Below are positions 62,493 through 64,000 of a DNA stretch of 64,000 bases, one piece after another. A model generated the notes under the pieces. It searched no databases, was not told the origin of the DNA, and worked only from the letters and a program-made list of their open reading frames with translations. Both the position numbers and the translations under genes were made by a program. Source of the DNA: Haliotis rubra (taxonomy: Eukaryota). Location of the stretch: assembly GCF_003918875.1 (NCBI RefSeq), contig NW_025767202.1:310001-374000 (forward strand), read 5' to 3'. Each line of letters starts with the position of its first letter. Within the stretch, counting starts at the first letter, position 1.

Positions 62493-62534
62493 TGACGTCA
62501 CAAGCACCTGTTCGGAATTATAGAGGCTATATAT
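62493..62534 (+). promoter_or_regulatory. Gene 4 proximal promoter: CRE, E-box, TATA
   Basis: TGACGTCA-4nt-CACCTG; TATA starts 28 nt after the last CRE base, as in gene 3. Confidence 0.7.
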
Positions 62535-62567
62535 TGCCGAGGGGTTGAAGATCTGATCATCTTCATC

Positions 62568-63484
62568 ATGAGGTCGTTGCTGGTGCTGTGTTTGCTGGTC
62601 CTCCTGACTATTGCCCATGCTGGCGGACGCCGTCGCCGTGGCCGATACAGTGGCTATAGGTCGGGGGGGGAAGTTACCGTCTTCCAGGAAGTGGAGGATA
62701 CAGACGACCGTAAGTGTGTCTCTCTATCATTATACATGGAACCTGTTTGATCGCCTTAGACAGAACATATATTTTCGTATTTGATTAAATGTATCATGGA
62801 GTCTTCAGAAAAACAGAAAAACTCTAAGGCATGTCAGGTTCCCCCTAAACATAAGGTGAAGAATTTCAAGTTATCTCTTATTGTATGCTTGCTATCCTGC
62901 GTATTTACATGTGTGTGTGTGTGTGCGTGCGCGCGTGATGTGTGCGTGATGTCGACATGAACTAAATGCATGCTAAAGACTTTGTGTGTGGCATAATCTG
63001 TCAGTTTAGGTATTTAGATAAAGTGTATGCACCTGTGTTTGAACTTTGGTAAATGTATAGATCAGGGTTCAGCCTGGTCTTGTGTTGGGCAATGAATTCC
63101 ATTTCAACATGCCGCTGGTGCCAGTTAAATCAAATTTCTTAAATCAAAACCTGAAATGATATTTGTTCACTTTGTTGAACGACAGCTACTACTACGACGA
63201 TGACCACCACTACAACAACCACGGCAACTACCCTTATTATGTAACAGCCCCTCCTACACCGCCTCCTACCGCAACACCGTTCCCGTCGGATCTCTACAAT
63301 CAGCTTCCAGAGGACATTCTTGGCAGCGCTCTCTGCATCATGTTAGGAACCGATATCAGCGCCCGTTACAGCGCTTATCATAACATAATAAATTCCTATG
63401 GGTGGAACTCTAGATACATCTTACAAACTATACAACAGTTGATGACTACATTCAAGCAAAGTCTCAGTGTTTTACGCGATGAAG
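62568..63484 (+). CDS. Gene 4 (5' part only; paralog of gene 3), exons 62568-62709 and 63186-63484, apparent 1-nt indel in a G run
   Basis: Signal MRSLLVLCLLVLLTIAHA. Exon 2 DLYNQLPEDILGSALC matches gene 3 [16 protein letters not shown]. The promoter is shared with gene 3. Protease exons are presumably beyond the window. Confidence 0.8.
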
Positions 63485-64000
63485 GTAAGAGAGAAGTTCC
63501 TGCTTTATTGTTGATGACAAATTCCTGAACGACTAATTTCCCCAACTACAACCCCCAAAGGTTCTCTCGAACAAATTGCACACTCAGTTAATGCCGACAC
63601 CTTACTTATGAAAAATACATAACTGTGATTGACATTATCGATATAATGTTGCCATTATTTAATGCATGAATGGTTCGGACAGATCCGGCATCATCAGGTA
63701 GATTACGATCATCCTTCGCTCACGGCCCATAAACCCTTTACACGTAGGTCAGCACCACACGGGATTTCTCCCGGGAAGCACTGTCTGGGATTCACCTACT
63801 AAGAACCTTCAGACAATGTGAAGACTCCCCAACACTGTAGCAGTCTGCATTACCCAAAGTGTCAGAAGCAGTGTCAATCACATTAATGTCTAAGAGGACT
63901 GTGAATTCAAACTATTGTTTTAATTGGTTTGATCAAAAGCGAACAAGGTCTGGTTTGTTGGGCCGGATACATCGGAGTCAGTGTATGACGCCCTCAATAT

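Overview
Eukaryotic genomic DNA with GT-AG introns, SINEs, LINE and Tc1 fossils, and one N gap. The repeat content looks molluscan, possibly abalone-like; this is inference only. The window holds a + strand tandem cluster of four paralogous genes for secreted, modular S1A serine proteases. Genes 1 (1487-12821), 2 (14820-21543) and 3 (35006-53077) were spliced by hand: each has 8 exons with the same intron phases (2,1,1,2,1,1,0). Gene 4 starts at 62568 and runs off the window. The protein layout is signal peptide, a ~150-230 aa probably helical domain that I do not recognise, a Thr/Pro-rich stalk, a Cys-tethered activation peptide, and a protease domain with an intact His/Asp/Ser triad. Gene 1 has an in-frame TGA just after the activation site. 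Gene 4 has a G8 run that breaks the exon1-exon2 phase. Several large intronic minisatellites appear to be amplified copies of the neighbouring exon-end/5' splice site. A SINE sits exactly in the last acceptor of gene 3, and a nearby orphan exon copy preserves the empty site. Most long ORFs in the supplied track are tandem-repeat artefacts.
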